From: the human T2T-CHM13v2.0 reference genome, Homo sapiens
DNA length: 64,000 bases
Direction: 5' to 3' (one strand)
NCBI RefSeq assembly: GCF_009914755.1
Contig: NC_060935.1
The notes beneath the pieces were generated by a model. That model was not told the origin of the DNA and did not search any database. It was given only the letters and a program-made list of their open reading frames with translations. How positions within the stretch are numbered: position 1 is the first letter of the stretch; each line of letters opens with the position of its first letter. Positions 27,791-39,842 of this stretch are shown here, piece after piece. Both the position numbers and the translations under genes were made by a program.

Positions 27791-30521
27791 ATCTAGAAAA
27801 TAACGTCTCAACTCATCTGTGATGCCAATATTCTTGTCAGATTGTTGCTGGGGTAGGATTTCAGCTTTTGGTGAACAGAGAATGAATCAATTATCTATTT
27901 GGTTTAGTGCCAACTATAATAATAATATCATAGAGTGAGCCGTCATCTGGCATTGTTGGGAGATGGAGTACAGGTGAACAATTTGTCAGCTCGGGCAAGG
28001 TCAATAGCCTGCTTTGAGAAACCTTGGTGGGCACCACGGTTACTATTTCAGAGCCAGAGAGAAGAAGGCAGAGGGCAACATTTTTCTTGGGATATAATTT
28101 TTCTTCCCTTCTTAAAATACCGTGAGTAATGTACGGGGTGAGGGAAAGATGGGAAGGGGTCAAAGTTGAAAAAAAAGTAAGATAATTTGACTCAATTTAA
28201 TCAAGTATTTGCAAGTTATATTAGTTGAAATTTTCTGTGCTTGGATTTTTGGATTCATATCTGCTGTGCTGGAATCCTGTTTCCACTATGTTCTAATCAC
28301 GTGAGCTTGGGCATATTACCAAAGTGCCTGGAGCCTGAATTTCCATGTGTGTGAACGGGGGCCAGTAACACCTACTCCAGCCAGCTGTTGTGATGATTAT
28401 ACAGAGGAGTGGACCTTGTAAAGGGTAGCTCAGTTTACTGTCATCAGTATCCTCATAAACATCATCATTAGGTTATTAAACAAGGTTTTCATTATACTGG
28501 GTATTTCTGAGTTCCTGAAGGGAACAAAACTGTTCAAGAGAATGAATAAAAGTAAAATTTTACTAAGAAAAACACGGAACTGACTTAAAAGGAGTCATCC
28601 ACATCGTTAGGATATTATAACATTGTACTAAAAAAATTAGTTAATAGGGTGTTCTTTTTTGAGAGGAGTCAAGAAAATATCCGATGAAACACGTTTATGT
28701 TAGTGACTCACCAGTGTTCTGTAAGCACAGATGGCCTTTGTATAGGGAAGCTCACATTCCTGCCATCCAAGCTACTGCTACTGTAGAAGATTTTATTCTT
28801 AGTATTTTTGCTGCTCTTGCTGGGGGTTGCTTGTGGGGAATTCCTTGCCTCTGCCAGGGCATGGTGGTCTGTAGATAGGTTTCTACTTTTTCTGGTTTAC
28901 TGGGAAAGGAGGGAAAAGTGCATTCCCAGCTTAAATACTTCCACTATAAATGGTTTAAATATACCAAGAGTTAATTTGGGCACATGGCAAATATATTTCT
29001 TCACTGGGAAAATGCATTCTATGCCTCCTATGCCCTATTCATACTTCAAGATAAAAGCTAACGGGGCAAGGTGAGGGACAGGAACTTCAGAACAAAATCC
29101 ACTTGGAAATGGAGGAATTCATTTTTTTCTAATTGATCAAATAGGACTTTAGTAAATAACGAATTTTTGTGGACTGGCAGGTTGGTCTCTTGAATCCACT
29201 GGGTCTGTTTCCCCTTGTGCAGCACGTGTGTGCTGGATGATTGGCTCAGTGGCTCTATGTCTATCAGATAATCTGGCCTCTCTTGCCAGAGATGGCTTTG
29301 TGAGCCCACGCCAGGCTGTTGAGCAATGGCATCCCAGTTAGGCACATGACTTTAGCTGACATATTGGGCAGATGACAAGGATTCAGGCTTATTGTGTGGG
29401 GATAGGCTTTTTCTTTACTCTGCAGAACTGAACGAGGATGGGCATAGTTTCCTGACTGCTGTCCTACAGCAAGCCACGGGATGTAGCTGATATTCTAGGC
29501 AGCAGAGCAGAGACATGCAAAGAATCTGGATCTCTGATGATCTCTCTAAGTTTCTGGATTAGCCAGACCTGAAGCTTCTCTTACCCTTGTTTCTCCAGTT
29601 ATATAAACTGATGTATTTGTTTTATTTAAAACAATTCAAATAGGATTTTCTACTCCTTGAGATCAAAAGCTTCCTAACTTATACACAAATCTAAAAGTCT
29701 TCCTAACACGATGTATGAACAAAGTATTTCAGGATTTTGTCACATATGAAGGTCAGGAATTCTTTTTTGACTGGAAAGCTCAGTTAAGAGTGTGTTTACC
29801 AAAATGTCAGACAAACTTACAGAACATTGAAGCTAAACTCTTCAGTTTATTATTTTTCACAGGATATTGATTATATTATTAGTTAAGTTCCCTCTCCCTC
29901 CTAAGTTACTGCTATCTTGACACACTTTGCTTGACCAGATGTGGCACCCTCTTGGGCACTGCATAGTACAGGATATGAATTGGAAGGAAGCCAATTTATT
30001 GGAAAATAAATTCCTTTTACTACAAAAAGGCTGAACCTGAATCCAAGTAATTGGCTCTGAAATGTGACATGGAAGGATTTTGAATGGGTATGCTGAACAG
30101 CAAGCTGGATTCCTTTTTCAGTGGCAAAGAGACCAGAAGGGAACTATGCTGCTTGGCATCACAGGCGACTAGAATGTGGGTTTTGTATCCTGTAAATACA
30201 GGCTTCTGACAGAAGTCTAACTCTGCATTTTTTCATATTGCCACATCCCAAGTTATCTGAATATCTGCCATTTTTACCAAAGGTCATTTTGACTCCTGAT
30301 GTCTTGGCTCTTCTCTGAAATTCAGCATTGAAAGTAAAGTTATTCTCCAGAATGGAAATTGAGGTTTGTACATTTTGGTTGAAATAAATAGGACCAATTT
30401 GTTGCCTAAAAGTTTCTCAGCTTTAAGGAGTTTTGATACTTTATTAGAGAATGCTACTTTGTTCATTCTACTAAGTATCTTTTAAATGTGCTATCCAGTA
30501 TTTTAAGAAGAAATACATAAG

Positions 30522-31065
30522 ATAGTATTCTGGTTTTCCAATGCTGTATAACAAACCAATCCAAATATTAGTGGCTTGAAATGACACCATGTATTTACTC
30601 ATGAATCTGCAGTTTGGGCAGGGCTCAGATGGGACAGCTTGTCATTGTTTCAGTGTGTGTCAGCTGGAGTGGCTTGAAGGCTGGGTTGCAGTCATCTCAA
30701 GGCTCATCCACATGTCTCCCAATTAATGCTGGAAAGACTCAAACAATAGAAGGATGATATATGGTTCTTTGAGCATTTCTTACTGCATGTGATCTCTCCA
30801 GCATGGTCCTTCAGGGTAGCCAGATTTCTTACATGTAATATGACTTCCAAAACTTCTGTCCCAAGTGAAAGAGAGTTAGGAAGAGCCTGACTTATCGCCT
30901 CGTATTGCTTTCTTTGACCTAGCCCCTGCACCCACATAGTACACTACCATTGTTTCATATATGTTAGAAGTGACTCACTCTGGCTGGCCCATATTCAACA
31001 GGAGGGAAATTGGGCTGTACCTCTTGATGAGAGAAGTGTTAATGAGTTTGCAGACATGTTTTAAA
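30522..31065 (-). mobile_element. MLT1 (MaLR) LTR
   Basis: tgctgtataacaaacc...tagtggcttgaaa...ctcatgaatctgcagtttgggcagggctcag...tacctcttgatgagagaag. Confidence 0.75.
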
Positions 31066-34000
31066 ACTAGGTAGGTAGATACTTTTAAAAAATAAAAATT
31101 TTTAAATATCATTAGGAGGTTGTGATAGTTTCTTGCATATGACTGTTTCAAGGGATCATACTAAAATCTTAGGTTTGGAAAATAAAATGTCATCCAATTT
31201 CTAATGGTTGACCAGATTAGTGACCATATTGATTTCTATATGGTAGGCACTGTTGTTAGCACTTCACATATGTAAACCTATTTACAGCTGTCCAGTCATT
31301 ACAGTTATATGAAATACATTCTTAAGATGATTAGTATCCCCATTCTGTGGCTGACAAGATTTACACTTAGAGAGGTTAAATTACAAGCTCAGTCAGATAT
31401 ATGATAGTGGATTTGTGTTTGAACCCAGGGCTATCAATTCCAGAGTCAATTCATATAGCTACTGTATTATGCTTCTATACTCATAGCATTTCTTTTATGG
31501 GTCATTTCTGATTAGTAGAATATTTTCCTTTATATGGATCAAAACTTAGTCTACCTATGTCCTTTTGATCCATGCAGTGTAAATTAGACTTATAGAGGTC
31601 AAGTGCAGGGCAAGTTCCTGGTGTCTGGGCTAGGGTGTAGCTTTAGTTTGTACAGTGAGACAGCTACAGACATCATACCTGGGAGGACACAAGTTCTCAT
31701 TGGGTACTCAAGTCAAGCCAATTAATGCAGACAGCAGAATTCGAGAGACATAGTAGGACTTAAATCCTAAAGGCAAAGGTAATAGTGGGCATCAGAAGTT
31801 TGAGCTCATAGCATGAATAGACACCCATTAGTATTGGGGGCACTAGTAGTAGCTTAAAGAAGTGGGCAGGAATCCAGACGAACTGTAGCCAAAAAAAGAA
31901 TAGAGGCTATAAATGCTATGACCAAGGTATGAACAGAGGGATGGAGGAGGATGACTTGAGGAATGAGGCCATAATCCATTATGGGGCCCCCTTCTGCTTT
32001 GGACAGGGAACTTCTGAGTCCTTTTTTTTTTTTTTTCTTTGTTTTTTTAATGTTGGATCCATATACAGAAGTGCTTATTTTTGATTCTGGAGTGGGTCTT
32101 CCTGTCTAAAAACATTGAATTTTTAATTTTCTAAAAATTTATAAATGTATGTTGATGATTTTATTCACCCTGTTTCATAAGTAAAACACTTCATCTGAGT
32201 GAAATAATGTTTTACATTAGATTGCACATTTTCCTATAAACTCTGAAATGTGTCAAATAGTGTCGAGGTTCATCTTTCTATCTACATATTTTATACTGTT
32301 TTGCTGGAAAGCCCCATCCTCAAGGCCTTTGGATATAAAAGGGATGGAACTTAACTTACGAGGTTCCTCCTCTTCTGTGGTATGTTACTCAAGGTTGCTG
32401 TCTTTCAAGAGACCTCCAGCATTACATTAATCATTGAGTTCCAAAGGAATTTAAATGATTTTCCAGCATTTTATATTCTGTATATACATTATCTTTACAG
32501 TTATACATGCACGTCGTAATCTCCTAATTTAACCCTAAAGGTTTCTGACTATAAAACTTAAAGTCCTAAGGTGTCCTTGACTTTGTACCTTAACATATTT
32601 ATATATGAGTTTTGTCGTGTTGTTTGGTGGTACTCATTCTTAAATACTGCCTAGCATTGTAACTTTTCTAAACATCACTGTTTCTTTGTGGCCAAGCTCA
32701 TTTCATAGAAGTTTTGAACTGATTAACTTAGATTCTCAGACACACCAAAGGTGTTTGTTGGGAAACTCAGGGTAGCAGTGGTTATCACATCGTAACTATA
32801 TTATTTATATCTTAAGAGGCAATATTCCAGAAGGGGTACACTTTAGATCATTTTCATCTTAATGATATTCCTATTGCCATACACTTTTTTTCATCCTAAT
32901 TATTTAGTCTTCATTTGGTTATAAGTAATATGGTATATATGTATATATATATTCCATTGGATCCCCCCTTATACAATTGGTAATTGTTCTTTCCAGAAAT
33001 TATCTTCTTCCCTGGTTTAAGCCAGTATTTGCCAGGAATAAATCTGACTTTGAATTTCACCAGTGTGTTTGAATATTTCTTATCACATGATTAACCATGG
33101 AATTCCAACTCACTCTACTCCTGTAATTATCTAGTTAATGTGATAATGAAGCCAGCCGAACAAGGAAATCTCTTGAGATTTTTGGGTCATTTTTCAAAAT
33201 CAAGACAAAAATAGCAGGTAAGTTCACACTTAATAAAGAGTTTCAAGTCATTAGAGCTTTGGAAATGACTCATGAGAAGTCAGTCAAATCTCATCCTCTT
33301 ACAGATGAAGAAACTGAGCCTCAGACAGTTTTATTGACTTGGCCAAGATTATGCAGTTAGTTATTAGTAGAGTTTAATCTTCTGATTTCATAATGAAAAA
33401 CCTTTTCCTAAAATGTTCACAGATCAGTTCTTAGTCTTCTATGTGAATGGAATTTTCTGTTAACCAAGGTAGTGTAAAGGGGTGGTTTAAACTGTTACTG
33501 GTTCCTGAAGGAAGATTAGAATTTTATGTTATGCAGAGCTTTTAAAGGTGGAACACAAAATTTTCCATCATGAACAATCAGCCCTTTTGCTAGATGAAAT
33601 GTCAATTTCTAGGTCTGAAATTGACCATGCAATATTTATGGCATTGGAAGAACTCTGAGTTATAGGAGAAATATGAAGTGTAGTTGGAAAATACCAAGTT
33701 TGAATCAGTAGGAATCTATGTTTCATTGTTCCCTCTGCTTTTCCTAATAATTCAAAATTAGATAAATTCTGTTATAAAATGATGACTGTAAAATTGTTCA
33801 TGTATCCAAGCTTTTGTTGTTTGCTGAAGAGTGGTTAGGTTTCTCTTTTAAATGTAAAACCTAATTTGAGATGTGTAAGGTTTTTTGTTTTTTTTTTGTT
33901 GTTGTTTTCTTTTTTTTTTTTTTGGTTAACTAAATGAAAGACCTCAAAATATACATGCATTAAAAAAACAGTAAGCATATATAATGTCTGGGACTTGAAC

Positions 34001-34574
34001 ACCTCATTATTATTTTCAACCTGTCCTTTTTTTACAACCAATTTTGAATGTTATTGATTACTTTCTGCTTTCTAGTCTCTGGAGGTAAATCATGTCATGA
34101 ATAACTGACTAGTTCCAGCAAAATATTTTTGGTTTTGGAAGCATAGAAATAATTCTTATGTCGACTTCATTGTATCAGGTTCAAGATTGTAAATTTCTCA
34201 TATTTTCATTAGTAGTTGCTAAAATATTTACATTTTCTTTTGAAATAATTTTCATTTATAGAAAAATTTCAAGAATAGAAAGAACTTTCCTATATTCTTC
34301 ACCATTTTGCCAAATTTGCTTTACGACTCTTTGTCTTGAGACTGTTTCAACCACCATGCTTTTTTTCAACCCTAAATGTTTAAGTGTGTATTTTCTAAGA
34401 CACAGATATTCACTTATATACCTACAGTGCAGTTATCCAAATTAGGAAGTTTAACACAGGTAGACTACTGTTACCACAGAATCTTTTTTTCAAGTTTTGC
34501 TAATTGTCACAATTTTGTCCTTTATATATACATATTTTTTTCTTGGCTTTGGACATCAAAATCTGGAATGGTTT

Positions 34575-34841
34575 TGTTGTCCGTAAGGCTAGTTTAGGTT
34601 TTGTCTTTGTCACACAAAAGAATTTGGAAATGAGATCACAGTGTAAGTATAAAAGTTTTATTGTGGAGTGAAAGCAAATACACAAGGAATGAGTGCAGGC
34701 ATGCTCAAAAGAATGGGCTGCCTGCAAGGTGGTCAGGGCTTGCATACTATATGGATAAGCATAATGAAGGCATGGAATATTTTATAACAAGGGGAGAGGT
34801 TTTCCCGGAAATTCACAGGCAGTTCCCAGAATCTAGGTGTC

Positions 34842-34877
<36 letters not shown>

Positions 34878-35230
34878 TAAATATGCTTAATTTGGAACTG
34901 TCATTGTATCAGGTGCACGATGAGAATGGGAGGTTTTTTCCATGGAAATTTTATGATAATAGGGGCATAATGCAGCCAAGGGTCAGCAGTCAGTTAAGTT
35001 TTTGGCCATCTTGGATTTAATTAGTTGTGGCTGTTTTTGTTATATTTTTATATTCACCTAGCGGGATGTCTGCAATTTGTTTTCATTGGTGCAGTCTAAC
35101 AGGTTTTTATTTTATTTTATTTTATTTTACTAGGAGACAGGTCCTGTGCTAACCTGTTTGGCTCTGTTTGTGTTGTTCTTAGCTGCCTAAAAATAATTGA
35201 GCCCCATTCCCTCGCTAACTGCCTGCCTCA
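34575..35230 (-). mobile_element. ERV1 (MER4-group-like) solo LTR, family not determined
   Basis: TG...CA ends (tgttgtcc...gcctgcctca), near-TSD gttt/gttc, reverse poly(A) signal ttttatt at ~34656, and MER41-like internal blocks (aactgtcat, gccatcttgg). Confidence 0.65.
34802..34831. promoter_or_regulatory. Tandem GAS motifs within the LTR
   Basis: TTCCCGGAA (34802-34810) and TTCCCAGAA (34823-34831). Motif only. Confidence 0.55.
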
Positions 35231-35602
35231 GTTCCTGAGTCTGTCTGTCTGTTTGTTTTTGTTTGTTTGTTTCCCATTGCATTGACGTGTTTGAAAAGTT
35301 TGGGCTAGTTATTTTGTAGAAATTTCCTCAATTTGGGTTTGTGTGATGCTTCCTTCTGAGTAAATTCCTGCATTTTGCGCAGGAATTAAGGCACCTGGTG
35401 TTGCTTTTTCTCATTACTGTTGGTGTAAACTTTGATCACTTGATTAAAGCGGTGTCTGCCAAGTTTTCCCACTATGGCCTTACCTTTTCTCTCTTTGAAA
35501 TTAGTAAGTCCTTTGTGAGTAAAGACAATGTATATAGACATTCCTTTTTTCAAACTTATGCTCATCAAGCTAAAGATATCTTAATTATAATATGATAGTG
35601 TA

Positions 35603-35913
35603 GGCTGGGCTTGGTGGCTCATGCTTGTAATACCAGCACTTTGGGAGGCTGAGGCAGGAGAATCGGATGAGCCCAGTAATTCAAAACTAGCCTGGGTAAT
35701 GGTGAGACCTTGCCTCTACAAAAAATCAAAAAAATTAGCCAGGCATGGTGGTGTGTGCCTGTGGTCCCAGCCACATGGGAGGATCACTTGAGCCCAGGAG
35801 GTCAAGGTTACAGTGAGCCATGATTGTGCTACGATACTTTGGCCTGGGTAACAGAGCAAGACCGTATCTCAAAAACAAAACAAAATAAAACAAAAACACC
35901 AAGAAAAAAAAAA
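35603..35913 (+). mobile_element. AluJ-type element
   Basis: Diverged dimeric Alu with a (CAAAA)n tail and a small right-arm deletion. Confidence 0.88.
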
Positions 35914-36808
35914 TCATAGTGTTTAAAAAAATCTACATTTAATCTGTTTATAGGGCATATAATGCTTCGTTGAGGATCAGTTGTTGAGTCGTCAGTCATT
36001 GACAGGGGCAAAAATATAGTTGTGTTAGTTGATAGCCTAGCTTAATTCTTAGGAAGGCACTTCATTTCCCAACCTTTTTCTATTATTTAGCCTTGCACTA
36101 ACTTCCACCATTGAAACTATTTCTCTTAGTTTTCCTAGTGTCCCAATGAAATTATAACTTTTTTTTTTTAGGACAAGGGCCATCCGTGTATTATATACTA
36201 CTTCTATGTATTATGTGCTCTAGTATATATACTGCATATCATCTACAGAACACAGCTATAACATGGCAGCCTCGCATCCCTTCCTGCTTACCACCTTTCT
36301 AGATATTAAGGCTTACTTAGTTCTTACTGAATTAAATGGAGAGTGACTTGACAACTCTTGGCCAGCCATTCTTAATGATATTTGTGTTCCTAAGATATAG
36401 CAGTATCTGCAAATCCTAAATCTGTCTCATGAAGATTTTATGATCTTTTAGATCAGTGATTAATGGAAGACAATGTCCTTTATTTTTTTAAATAAAAAAT
36501 AATGACCTGAACTTTCTCTGTAGCCAATAAAGGTGAGTGTGAATGGCTATCACCATGGTAGTGTTGGAGTTAACATTCTCTAGTTAAAACATACTATAAC
36601 TTCCACACACCAGCTAAATGGAAACGCTCTTGACAGGATCTGCTATGAAGAAAATGGAAAGGAGTAACATGAGGATATGTGGAATAAGTCCGGAGATGGA
36701 GTAGAGTAAAAGCACCATTGCCCAAGGGCAGAGTTGGATACCACTGCAGTAAAGAGTGACTGATTAGGCAGTGTGTTAAGTTTTATGTCAAATAATTGGT
36801 GGTTGTTA

Positions 36809-37041
36809 GATGTGAGGATGATCTGGCTGTGACATCTGTCACCCCATTGATTACCAGGGTTGATTTGGCTGATCTGGCTGGCTAGGCTGGTGTCCCGTTC
36901 CATCCTCACTGCTCCATGCACGTCCCTCCCAAAGCTGCATTCTCAGTCGAAGAGGACGACCATCCCCGATAAAGGAGGACCAGTCTCGGTCAAGGGTATA
37001 TGAGTAGCTGCACTCCCCTCCTAGAACCTCCAAGCTTTCAA
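36809..37041 (+). pseudogene. 7SK snRNA retropseudogene (RN7SKP-type), 3'-truncated, no poly(A) tail
   Basis: Colinear with roughly the first 240 nt of 7SK (gatgtgagg..gatctggctg..acatctgtcaccccattga...gaagaggacgaccatccccgata...ggtcaagggtata...ctagaacctccaa); flanked by tcaaataattggtg(g/a)tt(g/c)tta at 36788-36808 and 37038-37058. Confidence 0.95.
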
Positions 37042-39842
37042 ATAATTGGTGATTCTTAAGATACATGGAGCTAACTAGGGGTTAGAATGATTTCCCAAAC
37101 TTCTCCTAGAAGGAGACTGTAGTGCCAGACCATACTGTCAACTTTTAGATGTGTGGTGTGACCCAGAGAGACCTGAATTTTTATTTTATGAGACTAGAAT
37201 TGGATCAAAAGTAAAAATATGAACTAGTCTTCAAATTAAATCATATCTAGGGCTTATAAAGAAAGTAGTGTAATGCTTGAAAAAGGAAAGAACTCTTGAA
37301 AGAATGTATTGAATATTTGTATCAAACATGCCCTCCATATTCTTTTAAAACAGCTAAATGTTTCTACATTTCCTGCAAATGATGCGTCCCCTACAAAGTA
37401 ACGTCACAAAGCAGCTCTCCCTTAGTTCTTTGCCTTGGGACACCCAAGGTCGCTGCGACACTTTTGTCAGTAATGGTGATTTTCTATTGCAGGGATTTCC
37501 AAAGAGGAGATTAAGTTTGGAAATGTTCCTCTGTCCCTTCAGCATTTCCTCTCAGAGGTGACTCAACAGATTGTTCAAGATCTATCACTTTTGAGTGTTA
37601 AGGATATAAGGGGCTTGATATTCAATGAGTAAAATATGTAAATCTGAATTATCTAACTTTAGAATGTGAATAATATGAACACTTAGTATTTAATGTTAAT
37701 TTCCTTTACGTTTTTTGACCATGTAATTTGATCTTAGAGCATATCAAAAAGGGTACATATGACCAAGATCCCCCAGCACAGCAAAATCACAGATGCTGAC
37801 ACTTAGAAGGGTTAAAAGAAAAAAGGAGATGGATTTATTTTAAAGCAAGGTAATTGAAGCCTTCTGCTTTTAGCATTCCAATATTTTTATGGTATAATTC
37901 ATGTAATGCTATCCATTTCTGATGAAGCGCCTAATTGTTTCTTAATAATATATAGAAGTGTCTAAAGTTGTTCCCAAATTTGTATTAAATTGTTGATAGG
38001 TTATCATCGAGTGAAGAAAAACATCATTTTACTTCAGGTCAGCTAGGTAAAAGACACTATGTTAGTGCTGAGTCTGCTATTAAACAATTGTAAATTTTAT
38101 CTTCTTTGGGCTTCAGTCTCCTTACTCCTAGAAAGGATATTAGCTATGATAATTCTCAATGCTCCCCCTTAGTTCTAGATTATTTTCAGTGTAGTATAAC
38201 TTTGACATGTGAAGAACAGATTCATTTGATAGGTGTGCCATGAAATACGGTCTCTTGATACGTACACTTTTGTGTAACGAGGCATTTACTTTATAATTAG
38301 ATGACATGAAATGTGATAAATGTGAGGCACAACTCAGGTTAATTCAAGTACAAAAATCCTTTCTTTCACCCTGGAAAGAAGTTGCTTTAACCTTGTTAGC
38401 TCTTGTCAGTGTAGAATCATAGATAAAAGCTGCAAATATTTGGATTTACTTGTTGAGTTATTGACAGTTAATACCAAAGGGGTTTTTCCAGATTTTTTTT
38501 TTTGCTGTTACTTTTTGGTTTGTTCAGGAGTTGAGTTCAATTTAGGGGCAGAACTTCCCCTCAACTCTCAGTGGATTTCACTCTTCTTTGCAGTGACAGT
38601 GGCTTTAAAAACCTCAGAAGTATAACACTTTTATGAATAGCAATGGCATGTAGTACAAAATGTGGAATCAGTTGAGTTAGAATATAATTTTCATCCTTTA
38701 TTGTTATAATCACATTCTGCATTTCTGTGGTAGTCAGCAGAGAATTAAATCTAAATTTCATACCATGGTTCTCAAGACCTTCGGTGCTCTGTACCCAGTC
38801 TTCATCTCTATTTTCCATTGCCTTCACTAGGCTTTCATCATGCTAGCCTTCTTTTCATTTCATCAATATGTCTTACGGCATTGGCACTTGCTCTTCTCTC
38901 TGCCTGAAAGCCTTCTTCCAGATCTTTGAGTAGGGGTTGGAGGCGGTTGAGGAGTTCTTGTAAGTAATGCTGGAGTTCCAAGGTATCTCCTCACTGAGGC
39001 TTTGCCTATCCAGTTTAATTCAGTGCCCCCTACTGCCGTCATTTTTTGCCACATCATCTTGTTTTGTTTTCTTTGTGGCTCCTGTCATTATCTGATATTA
39101 TCTTGTTTATTTTTGGCTTACTTGTCTGTCTTCCTGAACTATGTAAACAAGCTCCAGGAGAGATTTGTATTACACTGTAAGTATTTGCTTGAAAATGATT
39201 GAGTTACAGGCATTAATGAATTATGGCCTAGTGGCTAAAGATTGAAGTATTGCAAACTAAGCCAAAAACATCCAGCTTCAGTTTACAAGAACTTCATTTG
39301 TGAACAATTTTAAGTTCTCACCCGAAAGGTTATGACAAAAAATAGTCTGTGTCTTGCTTCTGGTTGGACAGTTACCTTCACTGAGCATACACTTAAATAT
39401 AGCTCCTACATTCACCATCGTCTACATGCATAAACTGAGAAGGGAAGCATTATTACCATGTTATCTAGATATGAACTTGACCTACAATAAAGTTGTCATT
39501 AGTTCAAATGAGAACCTATTCAAGTTTTGCAATGCAAATAGATATAGCAGCAACTATTTTTTCACCAGTCCAATTACTTCTCTCATTAAACCATCCATGA
39601 CACTGAAAGTCCCAATATTGGATTATTATTCTGTCTTACATTTTCTCGGACAATTAGCTTCCAGGGCCCAAGAAGCATATTAGCACCTGTCAGTAAATCA
39701 GTGTAAATTATCAGAATTACTAGTTGTTAGGAAGCATGGAGCAAAGTCTTCATGAAAGAAGGCGTAGAAATCATAAGGTTTTCTTGGTAGGCCAAACAGT
39801 GTGGTAATGAATGGAAATATTTAAAACTTAGGTTCCCTGGAA

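Larger units (their letters stand above)
34220..35590 (-). mobile_element. Old L1 (L1MC/MD/ME) 3' fragments split by an LTR insertion
   Basis: ttttgaaataattttcatttatagaaaa at the left; ttattttgtagaaatttcctcaatttgggtttg and aactttgatcacttgattaa at the right. Confidence 0.6.

Noticed and set aside
30282-30294. One-mismatch estrogen response element GGTCAtttTGACT
   Set aside because: About chance expectation for a window this size.
33210-33225. CAG|GTAAGT recursive-splice-like motif
   Set aside because: No upstream polypyrimidine tract; the region is A-rich.
36250-36600. Possible retrocopied UTR fragment bracketed by ctataac
   Set aside because: The 7-nt repeat is too short and there is no tail or identifiable parent; a BLAST search would be needed.
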